IMG/VR virus record: IMGVR_UViG_3300024264_000015
Coordinates: 26,320-90,319 of that record
Reading direction: 5' to 3' (one strand)
DNA length: 64,000 nucleotides
Origin: a virus
The translations under genes and the position numbers were made by a program. The notes beneath the pieces are model-generated. The model saw only the letters and a list, made by a program, of their open reading frames with translations, ran no database searches and was not told where the DNA came from. Shown piece by piece: positions 41,401-49,984 of the stretch (the first letter of the stretch is position 1; each line of letters opens with the position of its first letter).

Positions 41401-42846
41401 AAAATCTTGTGCGTCTACAATTACTGCTCCGTAAGCAGAGTACGGATAACTTAATCTATCCATTACTATATTTTCTACAATTTTTAATACTGCATTATTT
41501 TGTATTACCCAGTTGCCATATTCTCCGCCAACTTCATTTATTCTTTCAAAAGTTAAGTAGTAGTCGTCAAAAGGGCCATACTGACTTACATCAAATTCAA
41601 ATAAATAGTTAAATGCTTGTTTTGTTCTATTACTGAAGCCTCCTGCAGCATAATGACCATCATCTGGAGTATATCCTTCACTTCTATTTAAGTTAGAATA
41701 TGATGAAGCTCCGTTTACAATAACGGTTTTGTAAGCATTACTGCCTCTTTGATAGTGAAATTTAATTCTAATTAATGCACCTGCGTGTCTTAAAGTACTG
41801 TCTTTTGCTTTCCATTTGTAACATCCTTGTGGAAAACTGAAAGTACATCTTATTAAATCAATTTCTCCTGGAACATCAATACCCATCTCGGTTGCTGTTA
41901 TAGTTTTTGTAGTGCCAGTGTACGCAGGGTTATCACCTATAGTTACTCTTAGTTGACTCCATGTAGGATAGCCTGTATTAGGAACTGTTTTTAAGTCTCC
42001 ACCTGACACATTATGAGCAGCAGAGCCACTTCCTACTCCTGCAGGTGTAGGTAGGTATGACTGGTCTCTTTCTCCATTTCTAAACGCCCATAAAAAGTTA
42101 TCGTATTTTGCTAAAGGGGATTGTTCTGTGGTTCTTTCAGGAGTACTTAGAGTTGCTGAAACATTGCTTACGTTTCGTCCTCCTGCTGTAATTGTTACTC
42201 TATTATTTGAGTTATCATAACTGCTTACTGTACCGACATAGTCTAATTCAACTGCTGTTCCTGACACACTAGCAGAAGGTGCTAAAGCTACTTTAACTGA
42301 TGTGGTGCTAATAAATTCTGTAATTGTTGTAATTAAATCTGAACCGTCTATTCCTGCTGATGTTATTCTAATTTGTGGTTGTAATCTTTTTTCTCCTTCG
42401 CCAATAACATCACTAGCTACAAAAGTAAATCCAGAAGCGTTTGTAATTGTATTATTTCCGATAGCAGTAGTAATTGTACCTGCTTTAGAACCTCCTACAA
42501 TAAGTATATCTCTAGAGCCTTGTGCTGTGTTTGCTGAATCTATAAAACTTGGATTGTTGTGGTCAGTAATTACTCCAGTTGAAGCTACATAACTAACATC
42601 ATTACTATCTAAAATAGCTACTATATCTTTGTCTCCAAAATTATATGCAGGATTACCATTCAGTTTTATACTAGCTCCTTGGTCTACTAATCCTTCAATT
42701 GGTCCTTCTGATAAAGTATCATATATAACTGCTGTCTGTTGTCTTGTCATTCCATTAGAAGTAGAACCAGTTATCTGGTCTCCAATTATAGGCGCGTTTT
42801 CTTCTCTAAGTAGTGCCATTGTATTTAAGTTGTTTTGTATACTCAT
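35419..42846 (-). CDS. central tail fibre / tip attachment protein J-like (2475 aa)
   Basis: LSEGPIEGL, YPYSA, WDGNF, SNPVWIFMDLMTNQRYGLG, YCDELVPDGKGGQEPRF, FGCTSKGQA, LRPGDVI: lambda gpJ family motifs. Confidence 0.9.
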   Translation of the reverse strand: MSIQNNLNTMALLREENAPIIGDQITGSTSNGMTRQQTAVIYDTLSEGPIEGLVDQGASIKLNGNPAYNFGDKDIVAILDSNDVSYVASTGVITDHNNPSFIDSANTAQGSRDILIVGGSKAGTITTAIGNNTITNASGFTFVASDVIGEGEKRLQPQIRITSAGIDGSDLITTITEFISTTSVKVALAPSASVSGTAVELDYVGTVSSYDNSNNRVTITAGGRNVSNVSATLSTPERTTEQSPLAKYDNFLWAFRNGERDQSYLPTPAGVGSGSAAHNVSGGDLKTVPNTGYPTWSQLRVTIGDNPAYTGTTKTITATEMGIDVPGEIDLIRCTFSFPQGCYKWKAKDSTLRHAGALIRIKFHYQRGSNAYKTVIVNGASSYSNLNRSEGYTPDDGHYAAGGFSNRTKQAFNYLFEFDVSQYGPFDDYYLTFERINEVGGEYGNWVIQNNAVLKIVENIVMDRLSYPYSAYGAVIVDAQDFSSIPKRSYEIRGLKVQVPTNYFPKDELIKGSSVRRTTPSYTRNITNGTDTSNYVDWDGNFRGDLKTFAPGHANYDAVYTSNPVWIFMDLMTNQRYGLGQYINPNFDFSQIDKYTLFGLAKYCDELVPDGKGGQEPRFECNVYIQKSSNAIKILKDFSATMRSMLIWWNGGVTLGANIQKGAVYTFTKANVVDGIFNYTGTSTRFKHNQVIVTWNNPEKQFKQDTVVIEDSSNIAKTGILKTKNVTAFGCTSKGQAMRYGKWHLFSELNEEEVVTFTTGINGAMLRPGDVINVQDPDIHDVVASGRITTTSSSTTTVIKTDRDISSFLNTTDNFNLHLIYPKGGAYLTQQSATINSVDYKQGDLVLLDESGAAIDTDAKAANVRDDSGSIVQLFWSDQVRVETKPISSFNTTSVTVSSAFSSVPNAEVIYTVSGQEEDGANVAGSLKQYIVNSIKEDIKNMSFAITAQEYKIEKFTKIDRGYIIPDVPEIMQPPKDSDAVPAPTSLALEMVASGFGSEVGSSTDRDLLISWQHPVTTRLDDNGNAINDVYEHLAGYEIAYRHPGADDPDKFIRVSLPSLNTTSYNLSEVSGVGEIIVRVRTINSLGVTSSWTQRRLTVNEDKILPFGVPTLGEGLNGGIMKGGILSCPINIESSNGTVTFASSSYTFDSPSSEEESTITVSSGNTAFTTQADFNNLSDGQTGYLLLDHDGSLSRGATRTDLLQPIVFHTEETTTDIDGTENYFKYTKRLGESNEDFVQASGTITLAANSTEVSGSSTAFTTDFQPGDVIIIDTAGATRFFSTVSHITSDTELSLSTVSTRAYSGKNVFRQALRISNAEDCILASISNTGGVFSLINFSSGNRGRDAYSINGTNENHNFPSNAAGVVSDFSSFSNLYTVNKGTISYTFASSGTATNTFGIATADTNCTTVVNSSNGAITVTAITADTASFVVTITDRGTSETIGTRVVSLGKSIPGAAGAGTDSRTVNLTASDYSIIYAADGTTPNPSGTITLTATSQNFSNPYFRFTGDGISDEGTFTDGADNASDTFSFSIPSTINTAPQTIKVGVSEANQTELAFDTITLTSLQQGSQGVDGAPAYTAIITNEAHAFPASNTGAVSSFAGSGTKIEVYKGATQLTPVANTGTPSTNQYDVTTTATNITVGSFTLNTGSEKNITVADHSGVANGVDLSEIEYSINIENQVTLTKAQTFTKSKVGDDGAPGTDGRKVKELILYYPATFNNNSFTLPTAPSSGVYYFGNGVIASISSGWQQAIPEDAEGAIYWTSEALATESSTANTSGSLSWSAPGNSKSPQNQVEFIFQRGATQPNAPAITNFPVIPTNWYNDIGDVPSGSNPIWVSKGTTQFSIVSGNYGFKTTWQEPTRIEGSNGTDGNNTATLTLYKRSTSGSSAPAVPNGNVTYTFASSSVTNTADLDGWSLNEVPTGTAQYLWSCSATATSNTATDVVATGEWSTPAIQSEAQQPRTETVQVFYDAWAYGALPSAPTATGFNFTTKTLSGLTSGWSQTLGVVPFAHATFTVKEATFDSTTGLTITSGPVRPAGGKWEIFDPDNIDIVIDDTNNKIKFRPDNSITYKEAVITDKYRNDEIVLSKVNGQIRLTNTGANTDVGLGKADVGLTNVDDVKQFSESNIPDKISNEQLNLFQDGTSLKIKFGSTTITNGSTGGLTQSLINLSGVSNNANETAVTGNNLFIDGASQGAVKNDGISIDSNGKITGASSAFNSVVLSNDKIISTNLSGSGKVFSTLPASGATVGAIAGTNLKQANGTVLSDVDVRNSDLDIDYSGTTVRIKKGTTVIQSAGAPDALKNASIVSSDISGSGKVFSTLPASGATVGAIAGTNLKQANGTVLSDVDVRNSDLDIDYSGTTVRIKKGTTVIQSAGAPSALKNDQISFSRPSTGLLRLNNGSNNDITLTAADAQITSDSSGINVASVRKATHNGTAINSSGNVTSSMSVASGGSIVVGNITIDGTNGRILITD
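35708..36149. repeat. direct repeat, 202 bp x2, period 240 bp, 1 mismatch
   Basis: 35708-35909 versus 35948-36149 differ only at 35881/36121. Confidence 0.9.
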
Positions 42847-43487
42847 TATAAATTCCAGTTATATCCGTAGGCATTTTTGTTATAGCCTGTTGAGTTTTGT
42901 ACTCTTGATTTTGTAAAGGCAAAATTAGTTACAACACCACCAGCTTGTACTTTTCCATACGCCATTGGTATAGGTACTCCTGTTTTAGTAGTATTAACAG
43001 GGCCATTAAATAAAGTTGCCGACTCTTCATTATTACTATCAGGGTCTGGCGTTGTTAATTCTATAATTCCTTTTAGAGCTAATTGCATACCAGTACTAAA
43101 CAGAGCTGCGGCTAGATTACCACTAGGGTCTACATAAAAGGATAAAACCATAAGTATAACTCCTATAATAATTTTGGCCCAGCTTTCTAATTTACTAGCA
43201 GCTCCTGAAGGTATTGGTGTAATAATTATAGCCTCGTCATCTATAAAAGGTAATTCATCTGCTGCTAAAAAGCTAGGCATGTTTTCTTTTGTGTAATCCT
43301 TGACTGTTTTTCCTTTTTGTACTGTAAACACTGTTCCTTGGTCTGTACATTCCATTAAGTATCTACGAAGACCCCCTTTCATAACATCTATTGCATGCAT
43401 TGCTTCCTGCACACTTCGTACATTTAAATTATGCTCTTCTCCAAATAGTTTTCCCATTTGTCCTTTTAGTATTATTTTTCTATTCAT
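42846..43487 (-). CDS. tail assembly protein I-like
   Basis: RKIILKGQMGKLFG ubiquitin-like N-terminus; LFNGPVNT...GVPIPMAYGK. ATG at 43487. Confidence 0.8.
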   Translation of the reverse strand: MNRKIILKGQMGKLFGEEHNLNVRSVQEAMHAIDVMKGGLRRYLMECTDQGTVFTVQKGKTVKDYTKENMPSFLAADELPFIDDEAIIITPIPSGAASKLESWAKIIIGVILMVLSFYVDPSGNLAAALFSTGMQLALKGIIELTTPDPDSNNEESATLFNGPVNTTKTGVPIPMAYGKVQAGGVVTNFAFTKSRVQNSTGYNKNAYGYNWNL

Positions 43488-43797
43488 TTGGTTGTAAAAT
43501 TGTGTATTCTTTGTCTGGGTACGATACGATAAAGTATGGTATACCAAGATTGTTACAGTTCGTTTTGTCAAGGTCACTTGGGCAAGATTTTTGCTCATAG
43601 TGACTATGGACTACATATAATATTTTAAAAATAGCCTGGAAAGATGCAAAAGCTAACTCGTCCATTTGAAAGTAATTTTCTTTTTCAGAAATATTTTCCA
43701 TGGGAATATATCGTTTGTTGTTACCATCTTCTATAATAAGTCCACAACACTCTAATGGGGCACACTCGGCGGCATGTTGATATATCTCTTCTATCAC
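43480..43797 (-). CDS. tail assembly protein K-like, JAB/MPN domain only
   Basis: PLECCGLI...VVHSH...PSDLD. Confidence 0.8.
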   Translation of the reverse strand: MIEEIYQHAAECAPLECCGLIIEDGNNKRYIPMENISEKENYFQMDELAFASFQAIFKILYVVHSHYEQKSCPSDLDKTNCNNLGIPYFIVSYPDKEYTILQPNE

Positions 43798-44990
43798 TTA
43801 AATGTCCTTGCTGCTGGAAAGCCCCCGAAAGGTAATACAACTCTTTTATCTGTTGTTACACTTCCATTAGTTGTACTTCCATTTTTTACCCATCCGAATC
43901 TCATTTTACACCCTGAAGTTGATTTACTACAAGCATCTCCTTTTTCCCAGAATTCTCCATATGTTGGAGTTTGACCTTTACAAGCTTGCTCAACTTTCCA
44001 TAATAATGATTTATTATAGTTTTCAGAGGAAGAAACTCCATCTGTATATACTACATAGTCATTATCTCTATCATCTAAGTAAGTATAGTATTCGGTATTA
44101 GCATTATAAGTACTATATATTCGTACTCTTTTAAAATTTGTGTTTGAATCTGTTGGAGAACCAGGACTACTAGTTCCGAAAACAGCTTGCCAATAATTAT
44201 TTACAGTTACTGAACTAGTTGTTCCATCTGCATTAAATCTTGTTGTTGTTTTAGTAGTTTTATAATAAGCATTTTTTACTACAGTACCAGAAGTATATAA
44301 TGTAAAAGTAGTTGAACTTGGTATTACATACTCATCATCTTGATTTACAAAAATTACATGGGAAACCCCATTTACATAGTAACTTCCGTCTACAGCCCAA
44401 GGACATCCACTTTGTGCTTTCTTCCATCTATCTAAGTGAGGACTTGCTCCTTGGTATTTATGAGAACATTTATCCGCATATACTTTTCTTGCTGGTATAG
44501 TTACTGTTTCAAGGTCAAAAGGAGAAACTAATTCCATTTGTACTGCTGTTTTACTTCTTGCTTTAATTCTGTCTATTATCCAAACTTGTCTTGCAAACTC
44601 TACTGGAGGATTTGAACTATTTCCAGTACCATTATCCAAATATTTTTTTAAAGTGGTTCTTCTAATTAATTTTAATCCTAGTAAACTATTGTAATTAAAA
44701 CTTCCTGTAGCAGTACTTAAAGCATTAGTTACATTTGCTATAGTTACATTAGGCCTTGCCATTGCTCCATCATTTTTTGTTTCAAAGTTTTGTGCTTCTA
44801 TCGGTATAGGAGCATATGTTCTAATTGTAGCAGGAGAATCATAATCTCTAAATTTAAGACTACTTAAATCTGACTCTACTCCGCTGCCTGAAAAGTAAGT
44901 AAACACTCCCTTAGAAACTTCTAATTCATATAAATGTATTAGTTCTGAGGCGGGGTCTAGTTTTTGAAAATCTTCTATTATATTCGACAT
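43794..44990 (-). CDS. minor tail protein L-like
   Basis: PIPIEAQNFE, RRTTLKKYLD, ELVSPFD, four Cys ending DACSKSTSGCKMRF, LPFGGFP. Confidence 0.85.
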   Translation of the reverse strand: MSNIIEDFQKLDPASELIHLYELEVSKGVFTYFSGSGVESDLSSLKFRDYDSPATIRTYAPIPIEAQNFETKNDGAMARPNVTIANVTNALSTATGSFNYNSLLGLKLIRRTTLKKYLDNGTGNSSNPPVEFARQVWIIDRIKARSKTAVQMELVSPFDLETVTIPARKVYADKCSHKYQGASPHLDRWKKAQSGCPWAVDGSYYVNGVSHVIFVNQDDEYVIPSSTTFTLYTSGTVVKNAYYKTTKTTTRFNADGTTSSVTVNNYWQAVFGTSSPGSPTDSNTNFKRVRIYSTYNANTEYYTYLDDRDNDYVVYTDGVSSSENYNKSLLWKVEQACKGQTPTYGEFWEKGDACSKSTSGCKMRFGWVKNGSTTNGSVTTDKRVVLPFGGFPAARTFK

Positions 44991-45367
44991 TATGCTTCGT
45001 ATATTCTCCTAAATTTAGCTGACAAGCTATAAAAATCATCATAATCCCAAGTTTGGTCCCAGCTTTCGCAAACTATTTTTACTGTTTCTTCATTACCGCT
45101 CTCATTTGTGTCTGCAAAGTTAAAATCAAATGCAGTTGCTCCTTTCTTACTTTCAAAGAAAGCAACTATATCATCTATTTCATCTTTTGGTCTAGTTGCA
45201 AACTGAACACTAAACTGTTGCTCTAAATTATTTATACCATTTGCTAAGCGTTGTTCATACCCATCCCCAAATTTTTGTACATGTACTCTAGGTGTGTTAT
45301 TTCTTGTAAATCCTTTATCTGGAGCTACTGTCCCTAAACTTCCTCCTACATTAAACCCTATCGCCAT
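44990..45367 (-). CDS. minor tail protein M-like (distal tail)
   Basis: FGDGYEQRLANGINN...FFESKKGATAFDF. Confidence 0.85.
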   Translation of the reverse strand: MAIGFNVGGSLGTVAPDKGFTRNNTPRVHVQKFGDGYEQRLANGINNLEQQFSVQFATRPKDEIDDIVAFFESKKGATAFDFNFADTNESGNEETVKIVCESWDQTWDYDDFYSLSAKFRRIYEA

Positions 45368-45368
45368 A

Positions 45369-48300
45369 TTATGCTCCTAGTAATCCGCCTGGTCTTTGTT
45401 GTTTTTCTATTTCAGCTAGTACTGCCATATTAATTGCACTTGCCATTTGTTCTGCACCTTCTGCTTCCATTTTTGTAGTTGTTCCACTTTCTGCTATATT
45501 TACACTAATATTTGTATTATTGGTAGAGTTTGCTCCTCTTCCTAGGTCTACAGGGATGCTTTTATTATCGGGCAAGGGTACTACTGCTTCATTTTGTTTT
45601 CCTTCTCCTACAAGATAGGTAGGTTGAGTTGCAACTCCACCTTTTGCATATCTTGTTATACCGCCTTTTGCTAATCCAATAACTCCACCTCTTTCTAATC
45701 CGAAGAAGCTACCTATTGTAGACATAAGGCCTCCGCCTCCACCTCCGCCAAAGAGTCCTGAGAACATTCCTCCAAGTTTATCAAATAGTCCACTAAACAT
45801 ATTTGTAAACATGTCCTTGAACCCACCATCTGCAAGGGCATCTAATGCTTCATCTGCGCTTCCTGTTCCTGTACTAGTACTTCCATATCCATCTTTGCTA
45901 AGTAACTGACCTTTAAATAAACTTGCCAAATCACCTTTTTCGTCTAATCCACCAGTGGATATTCCCATAGAATGTCCAAAAGCATTTGAATGTGCTTGTA
46001 ATACTTCTGATAGTTGGGTAACGTGGTCAGTATGTACTTTTTGTATAGCCTCTGCTTCTGGAGTTAGTTTTACACTTTCTGGTCCCATACCTAGCATTTT
46101 TTTAAATCCTCCAGTTATAGGATTCATAATCATATCTGACATAGAACTCGTTGCAACTTTTTTCAGCTTTTCAGCCATTCCTCTGAGAGCCTCTCCACCA
46201 CTTCCACCTTCAAGTATTGATTGAAGAGCATCTCCTCCTGCAGCATCAAAAGTCTCTATTGTAGCTTTTCTAATTTGATGAAATCTATCTAATTGATTTC
46301 CAAGAACTTCTAGTTGTGCGTCCATTACTTCTTTCTGAGTCATAAGTTCTTGAGTTGTTAAATCATGTACAATTTTTGTATCTTTTTGCATGCCGTTTGT
46401 TTCTACACTTCTATCTAAAATTTTTCCTTGTAAAATTAAGTGGTCGGCTTGTAGTGCTTTTATTTTTACATCTATTGCAAGTCTTTTACTGTGTCTATCG
46501 CTTAATTGATTTATAAGTAGTAATTCTGCATTTTGTAAATTTTTTCTTGCTTTTTGCATTAAAACAGCTCTATTTAACTCATCGTTAATGGCTAATAAAT
46601 GGTCTCTTTCGTCTAATAATAATTTTGCTTGCTCTTTTGATATGTTTAATTTATGCATCATCTTAAAGATGGCTGCGCTGTCTATTGTTAAGTTAAATCC
46701 TTTTTCTTTTGCTAAATCTTGTTCTTCTTGTGTTAACTGGTTTGAGATTATCTTCTCAATATCCATACCCTTCTTCTTGCCTTCTTGTATTTTTCTCTGT
46801 GCTGTGTCATACTGATTAAATACTTGTGATAAATTTGCTGACATTGTTGCAAAAGCGGTAGGCTTAGGCATACTTAGTTTTATAGCTTCCATTAGATTGT
46901 CTAAAGGTTCTGACATATCTGATAAAGAAACAATAGCAGTTTTTGCCGCCTCTGTTCCTGCATCAATACTACTAAAGAAAGAATTAAAGATGCCGGTAGC
47001 ATTTACTACTGTTTTGCCTCCTTCCTCGGTTACGTCAAAAAAGTCTCTTGAATCTACTTTTAACATTCTAAAATGTTCTCTTATATTCTCTAAACTTTGA
47101 GAATACTCTGTAGTATCTGAAGTCGTTGACCCCATAGAAGTAAGTTCCTTCATTATTTCATTGGTTCTATTTTCAATAAACTCTTTAGTAAGATACCCAC
47201 TCATCTCTCCGTCGCTGTCTGTCTTCTCACTGGAAGCGTTCATAAATGCTAGGAATGCGGCCTGTACTTCATCTCCGCCACCTGCAGCCATGCCCATTTG
47301 AGAAGCTCTAATCATTTCCATAACTGCCAAAGGTACTGAAGCTTTTTTTGTTTTCTTTCCACCATCTACTATACTTGATTCTACTGTTTCTACTAAATTA
47401 CTGCCCATGTCTTTTATATCTGCAGTTTTTAGAATATTGGCTAAATGGTCGACTGCTTTTGCCATTTGCATCATAGGTTCTACGCCTTCTCTAATAGAAT
47501 CTCCTATGGCTTTTAATTTTCCTACCTCAAATCCTACAATAGCGTTGTTTAATTCGCCTGCTGCTGTCTCAGAATCTTCTAATTTATCTTTTAAGTCTTG
47601 TACAGCTTCTTTTGCTTTTGCTACCCCAGGTAGCATATCATAGAACATAGTAGCAATTGACAAGAACATAAATACACTAAATGCGGAATTTATTATTCCA
47701 CCTAAAGCTGCAAATGCAGGTCCTGCTTTCATAGCTCCTTGAGCTAATTTAGCCATTGCACTTTGTCCTAGTAATTTAACTCTAATTAAACTTTTTTCTG
47801 CTTGTAGAAGTCCTGAAGATAGTCCTAAACCTACTTTTTTTCCTGTAACATTCGACATTGCAACAATTTTTTTGTAAGCAGCGTCTTGAATTGCAATTTG
47901 CCTTTGCATACTCTTACCAGTAGCTTTTTCTTGTTTTTTTAATGCGTTAATGTGTGCTGTTATTGACCTTTTTTGGTTAGCAGCAGATTTATCAAAAAAT
48001 TCTTCTTCAGACATTCGTCGTCTCTTTAAAGAAGCTTTAAAAGCTTTTGAAACTGTTGATGTAGTTTTATTCTGTTCCAGTCCTAATTTTTTATATTTTT
48101 TACTATTACCGTCTAATTGTGTATTTAATTCTGTGATTCTTGTTTTTGAACTATTAACCCAATTTTGTGTCGCTGCTCCTACTCCTTTTAGTCCTGGCAT
48201 GATATCATTTGTTAATCTTAAAGCAAAAATAGTTAAAACTCCAAATAATATGGGTTTATTTCTGTCTAAGAAGGATATAAAAGTGTTGATTGCGGGAAGA

Positions 48301-49112
48301 ATTGTCCCTGAAATTGCTATTCCAATATCTCCTAAAGATGTTGTGAATGCGGTGATTTGATTCGTTAAACTATTAGCATCGTCTCCAATATCTCCAAAAT
48401 TACTTTCTAGCTGTTTGTTAACTTCGTTATACACAGCAGCTCTTCTTTGAGCAATAGTAAGTTTGTCTGCACTTGCGCCTATACTTGCAGCATAGTTTCT
48501 TGTTGCAATATCTAGTCTTAAAATGATACCTAATTCATCGAGTAGTTCGGGTTCGGCTTTTGTCACACCACGAATCAATCTGTTAAATGAGTCTGTCATA
48601 TCTCGACCTAATGCAACCGAAGCTCGTTTTGCTCCTTCCGCTAGTCCTTCAATTTGGTCTGCACTAAAACCTGCTGCTGTTGCTATAGCTGTTTGTTGTG
48701 CTGCTGTTTGAAAGTCAAGTAATCCATTAGTTGCTTCTCTAACTCTGTTTGTTATAGTAAGCAAAGATGTACCAGTAACTTTTGTAAGCGTTTCAAATCC
48801 TTTAATTTGTTGTTGAATATTTTGTGCGTTTTCTAGCGCTCTGAAAGCAGCTGTTACAGCAAAGACTGTTGATGCAAGAATCGCGTAGGACTGCACGAGG
48901 CCGCCAGTACCTTGCTGTAAACGTGAAAATGATTTTGACGCAGATTCTGTACGTCCTGACATAGATTGTAAATTTCTACGAGTATCGCCCGCAGACCTAC
49001 CTACACCAGCTATGTCTTTACTTGCTGATTTGGCTCTTCTTCCTACCTGTTTTAGAGTACCGTCATCGGTGACCTCAAAACTTATAATTGCGCCTTTTTT
49101 CTTTCTTGCCAT
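45369..49112 (-). CDS. tape measure protein
   Basis: 1247 aa, helical; T5 pb2-like RGVTKAEPELLDELGI; C-terminal QQRPGGLL; position after the chaperones. Confidence 0.9.
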   Translation of the reverse strand: MARKKKGAIISFEVTDDGTLKQVGRRAKSASKDIAGVGRSAGDTRRNLQSMSGRTESASKSFSRLQQGTGGLVQSYAILASTVFAVTAAFRALENAQNIQQQIKGFETLTKVTGTSLLTITNRVREATNGLLDFQTAAQQTAIATAAGFSADQIEGLAEGAKRASVALGRDMTDSFNRLIRGVTKAEPELLDELGIILRLDIATRNYAASIGASADKLTIAQRRAAVYNEVNKQLESNFGDIGDDANSLTNQITAFTTSLGDIGIAISGTILPAINTFISFLDRNKPILFGVLTIFALRLTNDIMPGLKGVGAATQNWVNSSKTRITELNTQLDGNSKKYKKLGLEQNKTTSTVSKAFKASLKRRRMSEEEFFDKSAANQKRSITAHINALKKQEKATGKSMQRQIAIQDAAYKKIVAMSNVTGKKVGLGLSSGLLQAEKSLIRVKLLGQSAMAKLAQGAMKAGPAFAALGGIINSAFSVFMFLSIATMFYDMLPGVAKAKEAVQDLKDKLEDSETAAGELNNAIVGFEVGKLKAIGDSIREGVEPMMQMAKAVDHLANILKTADIKDMGSNLVETVESSIVDGGKKTKKASVPLAVMEMIRASQMGMAAGGGDEVQAAFLAFMNASSEKTDSDGEMSGYLTKEFIENRTNEIMKELTSMGSTTSDTTEYSQSLENIREHFRMLKVDSRDFFDVTEEGGKTVVNATGIFNSFFSSIDAGTEAAKTAIVSLSDMSEPLDNLMEAIKLSMPKPTAFATMSANLSQVFNQYDTAQRKIQEGKKKGMDIEKIISNQLTQEEQDLAKEKGFNLTIDSAAIFKMMHKLNISKEQAKLLLDERDHLLAINDELNRAVLMQKARKNLQNAELLLINQLSDRHSKRLAIDVKIKALQADHLILQGKILDRSVETNGMQKDTKIVHDLTTQELMTQKEVMDAQLEVLGNQLDRFHQIRKATIETFDAAGGDALQSILEGGSGGEALRGMAEKLKKVATSSMSDMIMNPITGGFKKMLGMGPESVKLTPEAEAIQKVHTDHVTQLSEVLQAHSNAFGHSMGISTGGLDEKGDLASLFKGQLLSKDGYGSTSTGTGSADEALDALADGGFKDMFTNMFSGLFDKLGGMFSGLFGGGGGGGLMSTIGSFFGLERGGVIGLAKGGITRYAKGGVATQPTYLVGEGKQNEAVVPLPDNKSIPVDLGRGANSTNNTNISVNIAESGTTTKMEAEGAEQMASAINMAVLAEIEKQQRPGGLLGA

Positions 49113-49114
49113 TC

Positions 49115-49516
49115 TTACCTTTTCATTTTAGCTTTACGCTCTTCAGCTTGTCTTTTAGCTTTAATATTTTTATTAATTTTTTCTGAATTAAAATATTCAA
49201 TATGTTTCAAGAAGTACAAAGATTGCTTTGCATCTTCTATGTTAAATATGTTTATGTAAGTTTCTAAGGCTGAGTAGTCTTTTCCGAGGTAGTAGCCATT
49301 CATGCCATCCCATTTATCAGATAAAAAGTCATGAAGCATAAATGCTTCTTGGACTTCCAATGGAAAAATAGCACGTTCTACAGGCATTTTGTCTAAATCA
49401 GGCTCTTCTCCTAACTGTTCACATACTGCTAGATATTTATCTACATCTATTCCTGTATCTTTATAGCTTTTTTCAAATAAAGCAAGTATATATTCTACTT
49501 GCTTTGCGTAAAATTT
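49115..49516 (-). CDS. tail assembly chaperone, -1 frameshift extension (gpT-like)
   Basis: The -1 frame after the slippery site is open: FYAKQVEYILAL...YLAVCEQLGEEPDLDKMPVER... Confidence 0.8.
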   Translation of the reverse strand, partial: KFYAKQVEYILALFEKSYKDTGIDVDKYLAVCEQLGEEPDLDKMPVERAIFPLEVQEAFMLHDFLSDKWDGMNGYYLGKDYSALETYINIFNIEDAKQSLYFLKHIEYFNSEKINKNIKAKRQAEERKAKMKR

Positions 49517-49938
49517 TCCAAAGCGCCTACAGTATCAGTTACCCATTGGTCGAAATCACCTGAGTTTTTCATTAATAACTCTGCGTTTTCTACCGTGTAG
49601 CCGAGTTCTGACTCTAAGTCTTGTCCGCTTACATCTACCAATAGAAACTCTTCTAAGTATTTGTATTTTAGACCTGTCCATCCTTTTATAATTGAACTAA
49701 CGTACTCTATTAAAAACAGGTCTTCGTCGAGTGAATCTTCAAAAGCTCTTGTCTTTTTATTAAACTTTTGTTTCATGCATCTGTTTCTAAGTTTAACTAA
49801 TTCTTCTCTGCTTAAATATGTTAGGTCAACTGAAAAGCCATCATAACCGGGATAATCAATTGAAACTGTTTTACTAGGAGTTAATAAACTCTTTAGTGAA
49901 ACGGGTTGTACTTTTTTTACTTCTTTCTGTTCTGTCAT
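49495..49938 (-). CDS. tail assembly chaperone (gpG-like)
   Basis: Between TTP and TMP; IIKGWTGL; ends LENFTQSK. Confidence 0.85.
   Translation of the reverse strand: MTEQKEVKKVQPVSLKSLLTPSKTVSIDYPGYDGFSVDLTYLSREELVKLRNRCMKQKFNKKTRAFEDSLDEDLFLIEYVSSIIKGWTGLKYKYLEEFLLVDVSGQDLESELGYTVENAELLMKNSGDFDQWVTDTVGALENFTQSK
49510..49516 (-). other. -1 ribosomal frameshift slippery heptamer A AAU UUU
   Basis: X XXY YYZ in the chaperone frame; the -1 frame joins ORF 49115-49387. Confidence 0.8.
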
Positions 49939-49949
49939 TTTTTTGTCCT

Positions 49950-49976
49950 AAAAAGTGGGAGGGAATGACCCCTCCC
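49950..49976 (-). terminator. intrinsic terminator after the major tail gene
   Basis: GGGAGGG-GTCATT-CCCTCCC-ACTTTTT on the minus strand. Confidence 0.8.
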
Positions 49977-49984
49977 GAGTTTTA

